From: Geosiphon pyriformis uo1
Lineage: Eukaryota; Fungi; Glomeromycota
Length of the DNA: 64,000 nt
Reading direction: 5' to 3'
Assembly: GCA_016748015.1 (NCBI GenBank)
Contig: JAAOMT010000129.1
Location: 186,001 to 250,000 of the forward strand
Positions 24,719-39,114 of the stretch are shown piece after piece. The notes beneath the pieces were generated by a model. The model did not search any database. It was given only the letters and a program-made list of their open reading frames with translations, and had not been told where the DNA came from. Positions within the stretch are counted from its first letter, which is position 1. Each line of letters opens with the position of its first letter. The position numbers and the translations under genes are program-made.

Positions 24719-27700
24719 GTGGTAAATGGAGATATTTCCTAACATTACGTACATATGAGAAATTATAAAATTATAATTATGAAAAAAAAAGATGGCTTTC
24801 GGAATAATCTATAAAAAAATTGTCCTTCCTGAATAGGTCTTGGTTAAGTTAACTAGCTGTCAAAAAATTCACTCAAAAATATAAACAAAAATATTTGAAA
24901 ATATATTTTTGTTCCTTTTCAGATAAAATGATATGATAGGAAGCTTACGATTCCCAATTAAGATTATTTTCTCTCATTCTCGTAAGAATTTTTCAGCGCT
25001 GGGGTTACGAATATTTTGGTAATTTAATCTTGTAAAGTTAGACTCCTGTTTTTTACTATTAACACATATTAGAAACATGGGAACTTTAACATTTTTTATT
25101 TATTTTCATATGAAAAAATATGTTAATATATATATTAAATCATATTTTTGTATTACGGGGATTCACAATTTTCTCTTGTTCCTCAAACTGAAACGATAAA
25201 TCTAAGTCTAACCCTAGGAGGTAGGTAATATAAGAATTTGTACTAGAATCTAGTATTTTATAGAAATATTTTTTCACCTCTTTAAACGTTGTGAACGGAT
25301 CCTCGAAACACCAAAATCAAGTTACATGAATGTTTCAAATGATAGAAATATCCATTTAACTAGATGTATTTAATTTTTTTGATTATATTTAAAAAAAAAA
25401 TTTCGAAATAACAAGCTTTATTAAAATCCCTGGTTCCATCATTACACAAATTTCGAATCAAATAATTAATCACATATTATATTTGACAGAAAAATTGATT
25501 ATAATCAAAGTTTAATTGTTTGAAATCATCATTCAATGACGTAAAATCCTTCACAGTTTAGAAGCTTTTTTATTCAAGGCCTTTTTCATACTGACTTTAA
25601 ATCTCATATTGTTATCACTACTCCTTTTAAAATTAAAACCACAAAGGTTTCACGCAACAATAAAATAAATCGATAAATTTTCTTGCCTAATTTTTATACA
25701 AGATAATATATAAATATTCTTAAAAATTACCGAGGAATTTGGGATCGTTAAATTATAAAGTAATCAAAGTTAAATGGTAACAATTTTGAACTCTATCCTA
25801 GGGTGGGTGGGTGGGTGGGTGATTGATTGATTGAGAAGCAAAGTAATTTCAAGTTTGAATGTAAAAGGTCAAAAATCAGTAATCAACGACAATTCACACC
25901 TTCATACAAACTTTTAAAAGTTCTTTTTAATTATATATATTATTATAACTTCAATCATCTTGATGCTAAAACTTTGACGGGGGGTTTTTTTTTTCGCTTC
26001 ATCGTTTCATGGTAATGTTTACAGATCAGTAATTTCATGATATTGGAAGATGAAGAGTTAGCAACCAGGCCGACTTTTCATGATTCAATGAATATTGAAA
26101 TGCCAAAGCTTTTATTGGTTGGATAGATGGTCATGCATTCTGAGGGAAGTTTTATGGTAGTTGGTAAATAGCATATTGAATAATTCAAAATTTTAAGGAG
26201 GCAATTGTGGTAACGTGCCAAGTAAACAAGTGACAGAAACACTTTGTAAGAGAAGGGAATCATACGACGACATGTCGTGAAAATTATAAGAAATGTTTTG
26301 CTTAAAATAAAGCTTTACTCTTTAACTAATAGTTTGAAAATAATTTTTGAAATCCAAAGGTATGTAATTCATTTATTAATTTGATAGTAATTAGAAGTAA
26401 AATTAATTGAATTTTTTTCTTTTAAACTTATTTCAGTGGGTGAAGGAAATGACTTTATATATAAATTTTATTTTAGATTACAATCAGTCCTCATATTGCG
26501 ATTTGTGTGAAAGGTTAGTCCAGTGAATCTAGAGTATTTTTTCTTTTTGAAAGAATTATCATGATTTAGATTCTCGGTATCCCGCCTTCGGACTAAATTT
26601 TGAGTAAAATATTTTAGATTGTCACAAATTTTCCGATACTAAATTATTCTTCCCTTGTTTCAACACTTTTTTGTCATCAAATATTTTATTTGAAAAAATT
26701 ATTTCATCCCCTTTTTGACAAAAATATTTACAAAGTACTAAACTTTTTCCAATTTAGTTGTTACACAAAAATTATCAAATTTTTAAAACTTGAATAAAAA
26801 GATAAAATATTTATGACTAAAAAAGAAATAACGCAAAATTTACATGAAATTCTTTGCTAGATTCCAGGATAAAAAGTATATGGTTTTGAAAAGTAAATTA
26901 AATAATAAAACTTGATAAGGAAGAAATTCAAATAATAAATAAATAAAAAAGATAGGAACAGGGAAATTTCTTTCATATATTAAAGAGCATATCTTCGTCA
27001 GCTTTTATTTGAGTCACTGAACAAGTATTTGGAAGTGAGTATATATCCAAATTATTTTGATATCGTCAAAGAGAATTTAAAACTGTTTCTTAAATTGTGA
27101 AAAGTGTTTTTTTTTAAAAAAAAAAAAAATCTTTGATAGAATCATTACCGTTCTTTTGTTGCTGCTTTCAAAGGAAAATTATTTATTCAAACTTTTTATG
27201 AATAGTGTCATGTAATAATATCTAATTTGTTCCTGTCCAAAACTGATCTGTTGATTACATAATAGCAAAACCCTTCCAAATTTCGGTTCAATTATCTTCA
27301 ATCGTTAGATAACAATGTTTATCCCAGGAATATCCTTCTGGAAAATCCTCCAACCTTTTCCATCGCTCAATTAAATATTATCAAATTGTAAACAATTTTC
27401 CCGGGATTTTCTTTCGGATCCTTCCCTCCCCATACTCTTCACCCCCCCCCCCCCCCCCTCCCCCTTTTATGATAATTCTCACACGTTTTCAAGTAAATAA
27501 TCAATCAATCAATTATTACGCCCAAAAGCTCTTGGTAATTACCGATAGTTTTTAATTTATTGGTGGTAGGAATTATAAAATGCAAAGATTTTATTCGAAT
27601 AAATATTTGAGAAAATATCAACAAAAAAGAGAATTGGGTCCTCATGGACATTTCTCAATTTACATTATCTGTTATTTTTTTTGGTGAAAAGAACGGAAAG

Positions 27701-27857
27701 AGATAAGGAACTATAAAAACCATATATAAACGTTAACAATCAATTAAATCTCGCTATTTTGTATATCTTTTTGCCTAACTGACCCATTAAATCTTTTCCC
27801 ACCTTTCTCACGTATATCAAGAACTATAATCATATTCCTTCCCAACCAAAAAAAAAA

Positions 27858-28520
27858 ATGGCACCCCTTAATACACCCTTTGTAACTGCTATACTCGTCT
27901 TTTCTATATCGATTCTATTCACCTGCCTGACCAATGCCGTCCCAATTGATAATACAATCACCGAGACTACAATTACCGATGAGATAAATTTGCAATTGCT
28001 TGATAACCTTGCCAAGTTCGGCGAGAATAATGGGGTGTTAATGTTGAGCGAAAACCTGGACTCGGAAGGAACAATTTCAGCCCCAAAGAATCTTAATAAT
28101 CAGGATGATGATGATGATGATGAAACAAGATTAAATACCCAAATTTTATTACCCATGTTGATCCCTGGATCTGAAGGCAAAGATGATCCAAAGACGTCTA
28201 CGGCAAGGATCCTTTTACAAACTTCTTCCACTATCCGACATTCGTCCCATAAAGTTTTACCTAAACCAAAAATAAGTGAACCAAATATTGAGAAAGATGG
28301 TAAGCAAAGGATCACGGAACCAGGTCAGGCAAATCGACAGGGAGGAAGAAAAAAGTGTGCCGCAAAGTCACATCCAACAAACCCAAAGATGACCCCGGCT
28401 GATCAACATTTTCATGAAATTCTTGTTGAAGAAGGAATAAAACATGATGCCGAAGTTTCCGATCCTAATCATGAAGTCATTATTGTGTATGATGATAATC
28501 CACTCATGTTTAAGAAGTAA
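27858..28520 (+). CDS. Predicted secreted protein, 220 aa, no recognisable domain
   Basis: Intronless ORF with a hydrophobic N-terminus ending TNA|VPI (signal-peptide-like), elevated GC, and TATA-like elements at ~27712-27730. Confidence 0.8.
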   Translation: MAPLNTPFVTAILVFSISILFTCLTNAVPIDNTITETTITDEINLQLLDNLAKFGENNGVLMLSENLDSEGTISAPKNLNNQDDDDDDETRLNTQILLPMLIPGSEGKDDPKTSTARILLQTSSTIRHSSHKVLPKPKISEPNIEKDGKQRITEPGQANRQGGRKKCAAKSHPTNPKMTPADQHFHEILVEEGIKHDAEVSDPNHEVIIVYDDNPLMFKK

Positions 28521-29629
28521 ACAGGGCCTTTAAAAGTCTTTAATAATGAAAATTTAAAATTTTTGAAAGGACAAACTTGAAATTTTTTTTAAAAGTTCAT
28601 AATATTGATGATTGGAAAATTTTAAATCGAAAAAATTTCCCAATCCTGTAGAGTATATTCAGTGTAAAGATCGAAATTAATCATTCACCTCTTTTCGAAA
28701 TACCTTCACCTATATTAATATCTAAAAAACCCAGCCATTTGTATTTTAATGAAAATACAGATCATTATAATGCGTTAAAAGCAGGTCTTAATTTATAACC
28801 GGTAATGATTCGTTTTTGAAAGAAATATAAAGCTTTTGTTCATTTCACTCCATTTAAAGAAGAACTATCTATATTTTGAATGAATTATAACAAGAAGAAA
28901 TGAAATTGATTTAAAAACATTAATCTTGAGCGTTGATTTCTTCAATTCTCAAATTAATAACAAAATTTAATTAACGAAATGTTAAATGTATTGGTTAATG
29001 AGCATTTGAAACCAAAGAACGAAAATATATTGTCGTTTGAATGGTTAATATATCATTTGTAAAGTCTTTAAATCATAAATATTTCTTAATAAAACCCAAG
29101 GTTTTGGTCTAACCAAGACAATTTATCCAAAAATTTTTGTCTCGAATTGAAAAATATAATCATTTTAATTATATATATTTATGGGATATTATTTATTTAT
29201 GGATATTCCAAAAATATTTTTCTTTTTCTAATTTACCAATTTAAAATTGATTTTTGAAAATTTAAAAAGTTAATCGATAAATGCCAGGTGTTTACAAAAA
29301 TAATAATTTTTAAATAGATATTTAAGTTTGATTTGTCTATAAAATACCTAAATAAAAAAAAATATGATAAAATTTCTATTTAAATAAAACTTTATTTATT
29401 TTTTTATTCGGATTTTCCATACATATTTTACAATTAATAAAAAATATATAATATATTTATCTGTATTTAAAAAATTTTCGTCACAAGTAAAAAATTTTCA
29501 TCATGTTTATTTAATAATTGTAATTTTGGGTTAAAGATTTTTTCATGAATACTTTATTGAAAATACTAAAAAAAAAAAAAATTAAAAACAAAATTAAGTA
29601 GTCAATAATCATTAGTAATACAAATTTTA

Positions 29630-29680
<51 letters not shown>

Positions 29681-30281
29681 GGTTATTATAATTTTAGATT
29701 TTAAAATTAATTATAAATATTGACAAAAAAATAGATAATTTAATATTTTAATTGTAAACATATACAAAATTTTTGATTTGATAATAAATTATAATTTAAT
29801 TTAAAAGCTAATTATTTTTATTTTAATTAATATAAAATATAAATATATATAAGTAAAATGAGAGTTTATTTTTAAGAAACCATTTTTTTTTTTAAAAGTT
29901 AAAAATTACTGTATATATATATAAATATTTTTAATTATACAAAAAAAAAACTATTTTTAATTATATTATTAATAATTGCTAAAATATTGAAAAGATCAAA
30001 ATATTTCGAAAAAAATTTACATATTATTATCAAAAAAATTTATTTTTAAAAAATTTAAAAAACATTAATTAAACCATTTAAATTTTATGAATTATAAAAT
30101 ATTATATTAAAATTTTTAATATATATATATTAAGTTTATAAATATATATTAAGTTTAATCAATTAAAATTTTTACTTGTATAATTTAATTAAAATTTTAA
30201 TAAATATAAATTGTTAAATAACAATTATTATTAAACTATTTTTTCAAATCTGATTAAAATTAAACTCTTTTCTCAACCAAT

Positions 30282-30636
30282 TAAAGCTCCGAAAGAGTTG
30301 AGTTCGAGTCATAAATATTTTAACTCGGAATAATACGAGTCAAAATCTCATAACTCGACTTCGAGTTTTATATATAAGTAGATCAAATCTCAATTTAGCT
30401 CTTTTTAACTTGAAAAATGACAGATGATTAGAATAATAATTTATAGTTCTTTTATGAATTGAAAATTATTTTTTCTATTGGTCGAGAATCCAATAAAATC
30501 TCTACACGTGACCAATAACGAGTCGAGTCGAGTCATAGGCTATTAAATTCGACTCGATTTCTTAAAAATGAAAATTTTCCGAGTCGGGTTTGAGCCAAAT
30601 CAAGACTCGAATCGACTCGACTTGTTAGGACTCTTA
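30282..30636. mobile_element. 355-bp non-autonomous hAT-type element (MITE)
   Basis: 8-bp TSD caaccaat at 30274-30281 and 30637-30644; imperfect TIRs taaagctcc.. / ..ggactctta; many subterminal cgagtc/gactcg motifs at both ends. Confidence 0.8.
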
Positions 30637-32286
30637 CAACCAATTTTGTAAATTGTTAATTAAAAAATTATAAAGTATTAATAAATTTAAAACCATTTTT
30701 TTTATAAGTATTATATTGTATAAATTTGTTTTTAAAATTATAACTTAAATATAAAGTGTTAATTAATATTATAATTTGTAAAATATATTATACTTTAATT
30801 AATATACTGTTTTTTTAAAATCTGTAAAAAAATCTTAATAAGCAAATTTATAATTTGTTTTTGTTAATATATTTAATATTTTTATAAAATTTAATAATAT
30901 AAAAACTTTATAATTGTAATAATGTTTTTATTAATTATTATTTTGGCTTTTTATAATAATATTTATTTTATATTATTGTTAAATATTTTCTGATTTTTTA
31001 AAAATAAGTATAACTAATTTTTAATATATTAAAATATATTTCTTAATAAAAAGTTTTATTATTAACATATATTTTTTTTAAAAATATTAACTAATATTTA
31101 TTGTTTTTTTATTTATTGTTTTTAACTAAGCTATTAAAATATATTTTAAGAAAAGTTTTAAAATATCTTATATAATTTAGCACATATTTTTTTTTAAATT
31201 ATTTTTAAGCAATTATAATTACAATTTTTAAAAAACATATTATTTTTTTATATATAAATAATTTTTATTATTTTGTAATTATTTAATAATAAACTTCTAA
31301 AAAAATATGCTTTTATTATATTTTAGTTTTTGTTTATATGTTAATTTTAACTATTAATAATTTTAAAATTTAATTAAAATTAATTAATTATATTTAATAT
31401 TGTATTTTATTTAATAAATTTATAATATTATTATTAATTATTTTGAAATTAGCAAAAACATAATTATTATTATTAAAAATAGCTTAATAATATTAATAAT
31501 ATTTTTGTATATAATAATTTTTTTTAATATTTAATTCAAAAAAAATTTATATATTATTATTTAATGTTTTTGTAATATTTAAGTATTTTATTTTAATTAT
31601 TTACTATTTTTAAACAATACAAAACTTATAATAAAGCAATACAGACTGTAAAAACAACAACAATTATTATTTATTTCTTATTATAATATTGTTATTATTT
31701 AATTTATTTTAATATTTTTGTAAATTTTTATATATAATTATTAAAACTTATAAAATATGTGTTATTTTAATTATTTGTAATTGTTTAAAAACAACATAAA
31801 TATAGTTTTAATTAAATATTTAATATAAATAAAATTAAAATAAATAGTTTTATAAATAAATAAAAATAATTTAATTAATATAAAATTATAAAATATAACA
31901 AAGTTAACAAAAATATTTTTATTAAATCTATTATAATACAATTAAATTTTTTATTACAAAAATAAAATTTTAATATTACATATTTTTAATTAATATTTTT
32001 TATGTTAATATATTAATGTTTTATAAAAATATTATTTATAAAAAAAATAGAAATAAATAATTAAAAAACAATAATAAATAAATAACAAAAAAAACAATAA
32101 TAATAAAATAAAGCAGAAACAAATAAATAAAAAAAGCTTTGCTAATAAAAATAGTAATAATATATATATAAAAGTATTTATATATCTTTTTTTATGTTTT
32201 TTATGTTTAAATAATAAAGTTATTATTTTTTTAGATATTATTAAAATAAGTTTTTTTTGTAATATTATTATTTAATTTTTTTATAA

Positions 32287-32428
<142 letters not shown>

Positions 32429-35081
32429 ACTAATTTTTTTTTGTTTTTACTTTTTTTTTGTTTTTTACTTTTTTTTTGTTTTATTTTTATATTTTTTTTA
32501 ATTCTATATTTATATTATTTAGTTTTTATTAAATTTTTTTATAAATAATTATAATTGTTTTATTTTTTTAAAATACATAATTAATTATTTAGACTTAAAC
32601 TAATAAATACTTTATTTTGTAATTAATTTTTAATTATAAAATATATATTATATAATTAATAATAATTTTTAAAACTATTTATATTAAAACAAATAAACTT
32701 TTTTTTGTTTTTATACTAATTAAACTTTTTAAGTACAATAATAATTAGATTTATAATATAATTAATCTGAATTTTAAAAAAGCAAAATAATTATTAATAT
32801 TCATAACAAAATCAATCTAAACAGTTAAAAAAAGCAATTAAATTTATCAAAAAACCAATTTTTACTATAAATTTAATAATAATTAATAAATTTATAATTC
32901 AAATTTTAAATAAATTAATTTAAATTAAAATTAATTAACATATTTTTATTGTTATTGTTTAAAATAATTTTATTTTATTTATAAACATAATAAAATTAGA
33001 CACTATAATTGATATAAATAATACAAAATTAATAAAAAAACAAAAAAAAATTAAAACTTTATTTTTTATAAAAAAAAGCCAGTTTTAAAACAATAAAACT
33101 AATATCAAAAATATTAAAAAAAAACTTTTAAATACTTCAAAAAAGTTGCTATTTAATATAAATAAAAATTTTAACTTAAAATATTTTAAAATCTTAAATA
33201 TTTTTGTTTTTATTTTATTTTTGATAAAAAAATTTTTAATTTATTATTTTTAAATTTTAATAATTATATTAAATTTATATAAAGAGTTTTTTTTGTTGGT
33301 TTGTATTTTTACTTTTTAAAAATATATATATTAGTTTAAAAGTAATAAAAAAAAATTTGAATTAAATTTTTACAATAATAACACACAAATAAATTACAAG
33401 CTTATTAAAAAAACTGTTAAAATTTATTAAAACAAAATTTGTATTTAGGTTTTTAAAATTGCCAATTTTTATTATTATTTAAACTAATAATTTTAATAAT
33501 TAGATAAAACTGGCAATAAATTTATCAATTAATTTATTATTAAATTTTTAAATTTAAATAAAAAAAAATTACCAATTTTTTATATTACTATTATTTTGAT
33601 TTTTTTTAAATATTGTTCAAATATTTTTAATTTAAAATTAAAATTATATAAAAATCAAGGCAAAATAATACTTAACAATTACAATTTTAAATTTGGTTCA
33701 AAAATTTACTTTATATATATTTTAAATTATTATTTATTAAAAAATTTATTGTTTATATTTATATAAAAATTTTAATATATATTTTAAAAATAATTACAAT
33801 ATTGTTTTATTAATAAAAAAACTTATAAAACTTATATAAAAATAATTATATATTTATTATAATATTATTTTTTTGCTTGTTTTATGCAGAAACATGTTTT
33901 AATAGAGTAATAATATAATTAAATTTACAAAATCTACTTTAAAAGTTTAAATTTATAACTTTAAATTGAATTTTTAATTTTTAATTTTATCAATTTAGTA
34001 ATAATTTTTATATAAAACTTTTTATAAATAATCGAATTAATAAAATCTTGAAATTTAATCACTTTTTAAATTAAGCTACATATATAAAATAAAATACTAA
34101 TATTTTTGAAATTTTTATAATATTATAACAATTTTATTTTTAAAGTATTTAAAAACATCACAATTTAATTAATTATTTATTTAATGTATTAATTAAAATA
34201 TTAAACAGAGAATATTATATAATAAAAGCAATTTATGTGCTTTTTAAGTATAATTAGCCACTCAAAATTCAATTTTTTCTTATATTTAAAAAATAATAAC
34301 TATTAATTCTTAATAAATATTAATAAATAATTTATAAATAATATAATACAAATTAATAAATATTTATGTAGAAATTGGCATATGTTTTTGCATATATTAA
34401 AAAAACATTATGTAATTTAAAAATTAAAATAATATTTATTATTACTTTTTTTAAAAACTGTATTATATAAAATATTAAACTTTAAATATAAAAAATTACT
34501 AATTAAAAACCATTTAACAAAATCTTGTAAATATATTTTTTTCAAATAATAAATACTAAAACAAAATGTATTATTAACTTTAATGTTAAAGTTTTTAAAA
34601 AAAATTAAGAATGTGTAATTTTTTTGTTAATTTGTTAAACCAAAAACTGATCACAATTTGCATTTTTTAGATAAATTTCTTAAAAAATATGCTTAACATA
34701 TTATTTAAATATTCACATATTTTATTTTCTCATGCAATTTATATTAAACATAACAAAATAATTATTTATGTAAAACATTAAAAAAATTGTTTATCAACAT
34801 TAAAAGTATTATGATATATACAAAACAGTATCTTTTAACACATTATGATTTGTTTGAATAACAAAAAATAGCAATAATTCAAAAATATTTGAATGACAAA
34901 TTTCATTATTACCAAGAGTTTTAAAATTTGCAAAAGAAATATTTTTACATTTAATGTTATCAAATCCTGACGAGATTTGATGAGATATCAAAACAAATAA
35001 GCTCACTGACTTCATCTAAATTTAAAATTATCTGGGTAAAACCTACTAATACAAGAGACTTGGACATAATCCATATTCTCC

Positions 35082-37066
35082 TTATTGTGAATTATCACGA
35101 GTAACAACTTCTTCCATTTTATTAGCTGCCACTTGAGTTTCGGAGCTAGGAGCAGTTGGCCCAGCATATTCTCCAGTAGATTCTTCGTGTTCACGTCTTA
35201 ACTGTGCTTCAGACTATACAAGGTATAAGGAAATATTTCAGCGAATTTCTAAAAATCCATTTTACATTTTGAAATAAAATCAATCAACTTACTCGAAGTT
35301 TTCCGGCCAATTCATTTTCGTTAATAGGATGCCCAGAAGATTCTACAGCGCCCTGTACATTGAGGGGAGGAATACCAGTCTCTCGAGATATTCCTGTAGA
35401 ATATTTGCCCATGGACGACTGAGCCTGTGAAGTTACACTGCCTTTTTGTATAGGTGCGCCTTCATTCTTTGCATGATCTCTGACAACTTGTTTCAAGTCA
35501 CTCAGTGTTTGCATCTCTTCTTCGAGCGGGATTTTTTCATGCTCAACACCTTGATCGATTTGACTACGAAGATTACCATCCATTATAGAAGGTGAGGCTG
35601 GAGGGGTTGCTTGTTGTTTTTGTTGACCACCGAGATCAGCTGATGGATTGAATGGTGCAGCGGTTGCTGATAGCTGGCTCGAGTATGATTGGTCAGCTGG
35701 GGTTTCTTGCCTCCTTGAAAAAGCTCGAGTTAATTGATCCCGATCAATCTGCAAGACTTGCAAAAGTTTTTCCGCAGCTTCTGCAACTTTATTAGCTGGC
35801 CCGTTTGGAATAACTCCGCCAAAAGTTCTAATTTCATAGTTTTGTCGAGATTCAGCTTCTTCCTATAAATATAATTGTGAGCTGTTGCTTTAAATGTTTC
35901 AATTGAGAATTTTAGATGACCCACCTTTAGTCTGTTGACCAATTCTTCTAAATCAATTTCATCTCTTACAGGTGGAACCATTCCCTGAACACTGAGTGCC
36001 GGCACATGAATTTCCTCGCTAATAGCAGTAGCATATTTACCCATCGCACTTTCTATATAAGATTGTCTTGTAAGCGCATTAACAACACTTTGAATTAATC
36101 ATTCAATTATTTCTACTCACGAGCGATTGAGGCAACACTGCCACGTGGAATGTTTCCAGATACGTATCCACTAGCATGTTCGGATGCAACCTCTTTTAAT
36201 TTAGAGAGATTTTCGAACTCAATGCTCTGAGGGATGCCCTCGTGTTCCACGTCTTGTGCTTGAGTATTTGGAATTGCTTCAGAATTTTGTTTCTCTTGTC
36301 TTTGACCTTGATGAGTGGTTATAGGGAATTTAGTTTTAGGTATCGACCCAAAATTCTGTCGAGTCCCTTTCATAGGGATATTTGTTGCGGGAATTTGTTT
36401 TACTCGACCAACTCTTTGCCCTCTATTTGGGGTAGAGTTACCTTGTGCCTGTTGCCCACGTCCCTCATCAATGTGTAGTACTTGCTCAAGGCGTTCTGCA
36501 GCCTCTTCAACTTTCGAGGCTGGCCCAGCTCGAGGAACATAGCCTTGAGTCGCAAGCTCAAATTGCTTACGTTTTTCTGCCTCTTCCTAGAGATTTTTGA
36601 ACGTTTAAAAAGAGTCAAAAATTATTTTAACAAGCAGATTACTATGGATTTAGTTTTTAACCTTCACCTTTAATTCTTGGACCAATTGGGCCTCATTAAC
36701 TGGGTGATCGGCAGCTTTTACACGCGCCTGTACGATAAGTGATGGAGCACGAATTTCTTCGCCAATCGCTGTGGCGTATTTTCCCAGTGCACTCTCTATT
36801 AATGATTGGGTTAATAAAGATATCTCAAAAAAGAAGTCCAAAGATCAAGGCTGTATTTACTTACGAGCCAGAGACGCAGCAGAACCAGGACGAATTCCAC
36901 TGCCAAATCCAGTGCCAATTGTTTCTTCCCTAGCCTTGTCAGCTGCGATACGTTTCAATTCGGCAACATGTTCAAACTCGACTTCCTCTGGGATACCTTC
37001 GTGAATGTCAAAAGGATGAGGCGGAATCTTATTCTCATCGCCTTGTTGGTGTTGAAGAACGTTCAT
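35082..37066 (-). CDS. Six-exon, 541-aa protein with three ~130-aa repeats resembling SMP (seed-maturation/LEA) units and a PAM2-like motif
   Basis: Exons 37066-36865, 36795-36668, 36586-36121, 36052-35925, 35862-35293 and 35213-35082 splice in frame (1626 nt). The repeat reads HE(G/K)IP..E...L..LK..A...GS(A/V)(A/T)S.AQS(A/S)(L/M)GKY(A/S)T.I..E...P.L.VQ....E..L...L(K/R)|.EA..R...E...G.....P...V..AA..(L/M). The GS.AS.AQSA motif is SMP-like. The gene structure is well supported; the family call is moderate. Confidence 0.82.
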
Positions 37067-37873
37067 GGTTGATTGAAGAACAATTAATTCTAATTATTGG
37101 TAATATATAGAGCACGATTAAAAAGTAGTTTATCTCGACCGAGGTAATTGTATATTGAAGAGCGAAAATAATTTGTGCATATATTTATTTGAAAGAAATT
37201 GAATACCGTTATATAGCCTTGAGGAAATAACGTCAAAGAGATGATAGAAAAAATATGTCATTGATCATCAAATCGCGCATAATTTATCATTTTCCAACGT
37301 GGAGAATATAGAGAATCAAATCAGAAGATTGGCGGTCATAATGACGAATTTTCAATCGCTCAAAGTTATAGTATTGATGAATATTTCGTCATTTATGGTG
37401 TGATAAATTTTGAGGAAATTTTTTCGTGTTAATTGATTTTACATTAAATAATGGGACGTTTGTAAAACAATTTGTATTAAAGAAATTATCATTTGCTGAA
37501 GAAGAGATTCCCACAGATTCCATAATTTTAATAATCTTTGATGAAAGCAAATATCGTTAGACACGTTGGTTTTCTCCATTATTAACTTGAATTCTTAATT
37601 CCCTTTTGAGAATTCTTTTTCTAAAGACAAAACATTTGTGTTTTAGATTAAAAGCTTTTGTTTTTTAATTTTTGGAACTTGTAAAAAAGGTATTTTTGGT
37701 ACTAATTTATAAAAAAAAAATTATTTCATTTAATTTTAGGGGTTCAAATTTGTCTTTACTCGTTTCAAATATTTATTTTTTTGTTTTGAATTTATTTATT
37801 TTTTGCTTGTCAAAAATTTAACGTTTATAATTAAAGAATCTCCAATTTATCAGTACATTATCATGTAAGCATC

Positions 37874-37875
<2 letters not shown>

Positions 37876-37904
<29 letters not shown>

Positions 37905-37990
37905 CAAAACAAAACAAAACAAAACAAAACAAAACAAAACAAAACAAAACAGAACAAAACAAAATAAAACTAAACAAAACAAAACAAACT
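37876..37990. repeat. (AAAAC)n pentanucleotide microsatellite
   Basis: Visible array. Confidence 0.95.
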
Positions 37991-39114
37991 AAAATAAAAT
38001 ATAAATATTATTTATTAGAAAATAAGAATTATTTTAAGATAAAATTATACAAAAAATATAGTATTTTTACATACAAAAAAAACTTTGAATCTAATTATAA
38101 TTTTTATAATATATGTTTTTTATATAATGCCTAAAATCAATTAATTATTTAATTATTGCAAATTTTAATTAATAAATTGGATGATTTAGAAATTTTATAT
38201 CATTTTAATTAAAAAAACTGGTAAAAGATTTTATTTTAAACATTAATAAATTGATTTGACTTTTGATATTTTTAAAGTAAAATCCAATTTAGTTATTATT
38301 TGAATCATTAAGAATTATGACGATTTCAATAAATAATTTAATGATAAGAAAATTATCATTGATAATTGAAAGAAAAACAAAATTTTTAATTAGATAATTA
38401 TTAAAAATCTTATTTTAAGAAATAGTTAATTTTATATAACTTTTTATATACATTTTTTTTGATAAAAGTTAACCATATTTGTGATTAAAATTATATATTT
38501 AAATAAAAATAATTTTAAGAATATAAGTAAAAACAAGTAAACAATAGTAGTTTTTTGGTAAATTAATCAATAAAATATTTTTAAACTGTGAAGTTAAATC
38601 TTGAATGTTAACGAAAACATGGTTTATGTTAATTAGTATTAAATGACAAAATTTAAATAATCAAAATTTTATTTTTAAAAAACTTGAAATAATCTATTAA
38701 GGATTTGTGACTAGTCAGAAGATTAGCCAAATTTGAAAAGTTATAAGACCTGATAATTTTAAAATTACGATAATCTTAAGAGATTATATTCAGGACGAAT
38801 TGTTTGGATATCCCCAATTAAAAATTCGAATATAAATTCCATAAAAATTTTTAAGACTAGAACAGAATTGTTTAATGATAGAAAAATATTGGTAATATAT
38901 AATTTTTTCTTTTGTTTATTGACAAAATTTTTGCTTCCCAGGATTACTATTTTCCATTTAATTGTGTTGACGTTTGATAAATCTCGGAATTGTATTATTC
39001 TGAGTGATAGTACAAAATATTGAATTTATGATCAAAGCAGAAAATCTTGAAAATCTTTATCTAGCCTCGGTATAAAAAACCGAAAAACTCATCTTAAGGA
39101 TTAGATAATAAATA

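Noticed and set aside
26020-26440. Moderately GC-rich segment with splice-like signals
   Set aside because: Stops in the frames examined and no recognisable protein motif.
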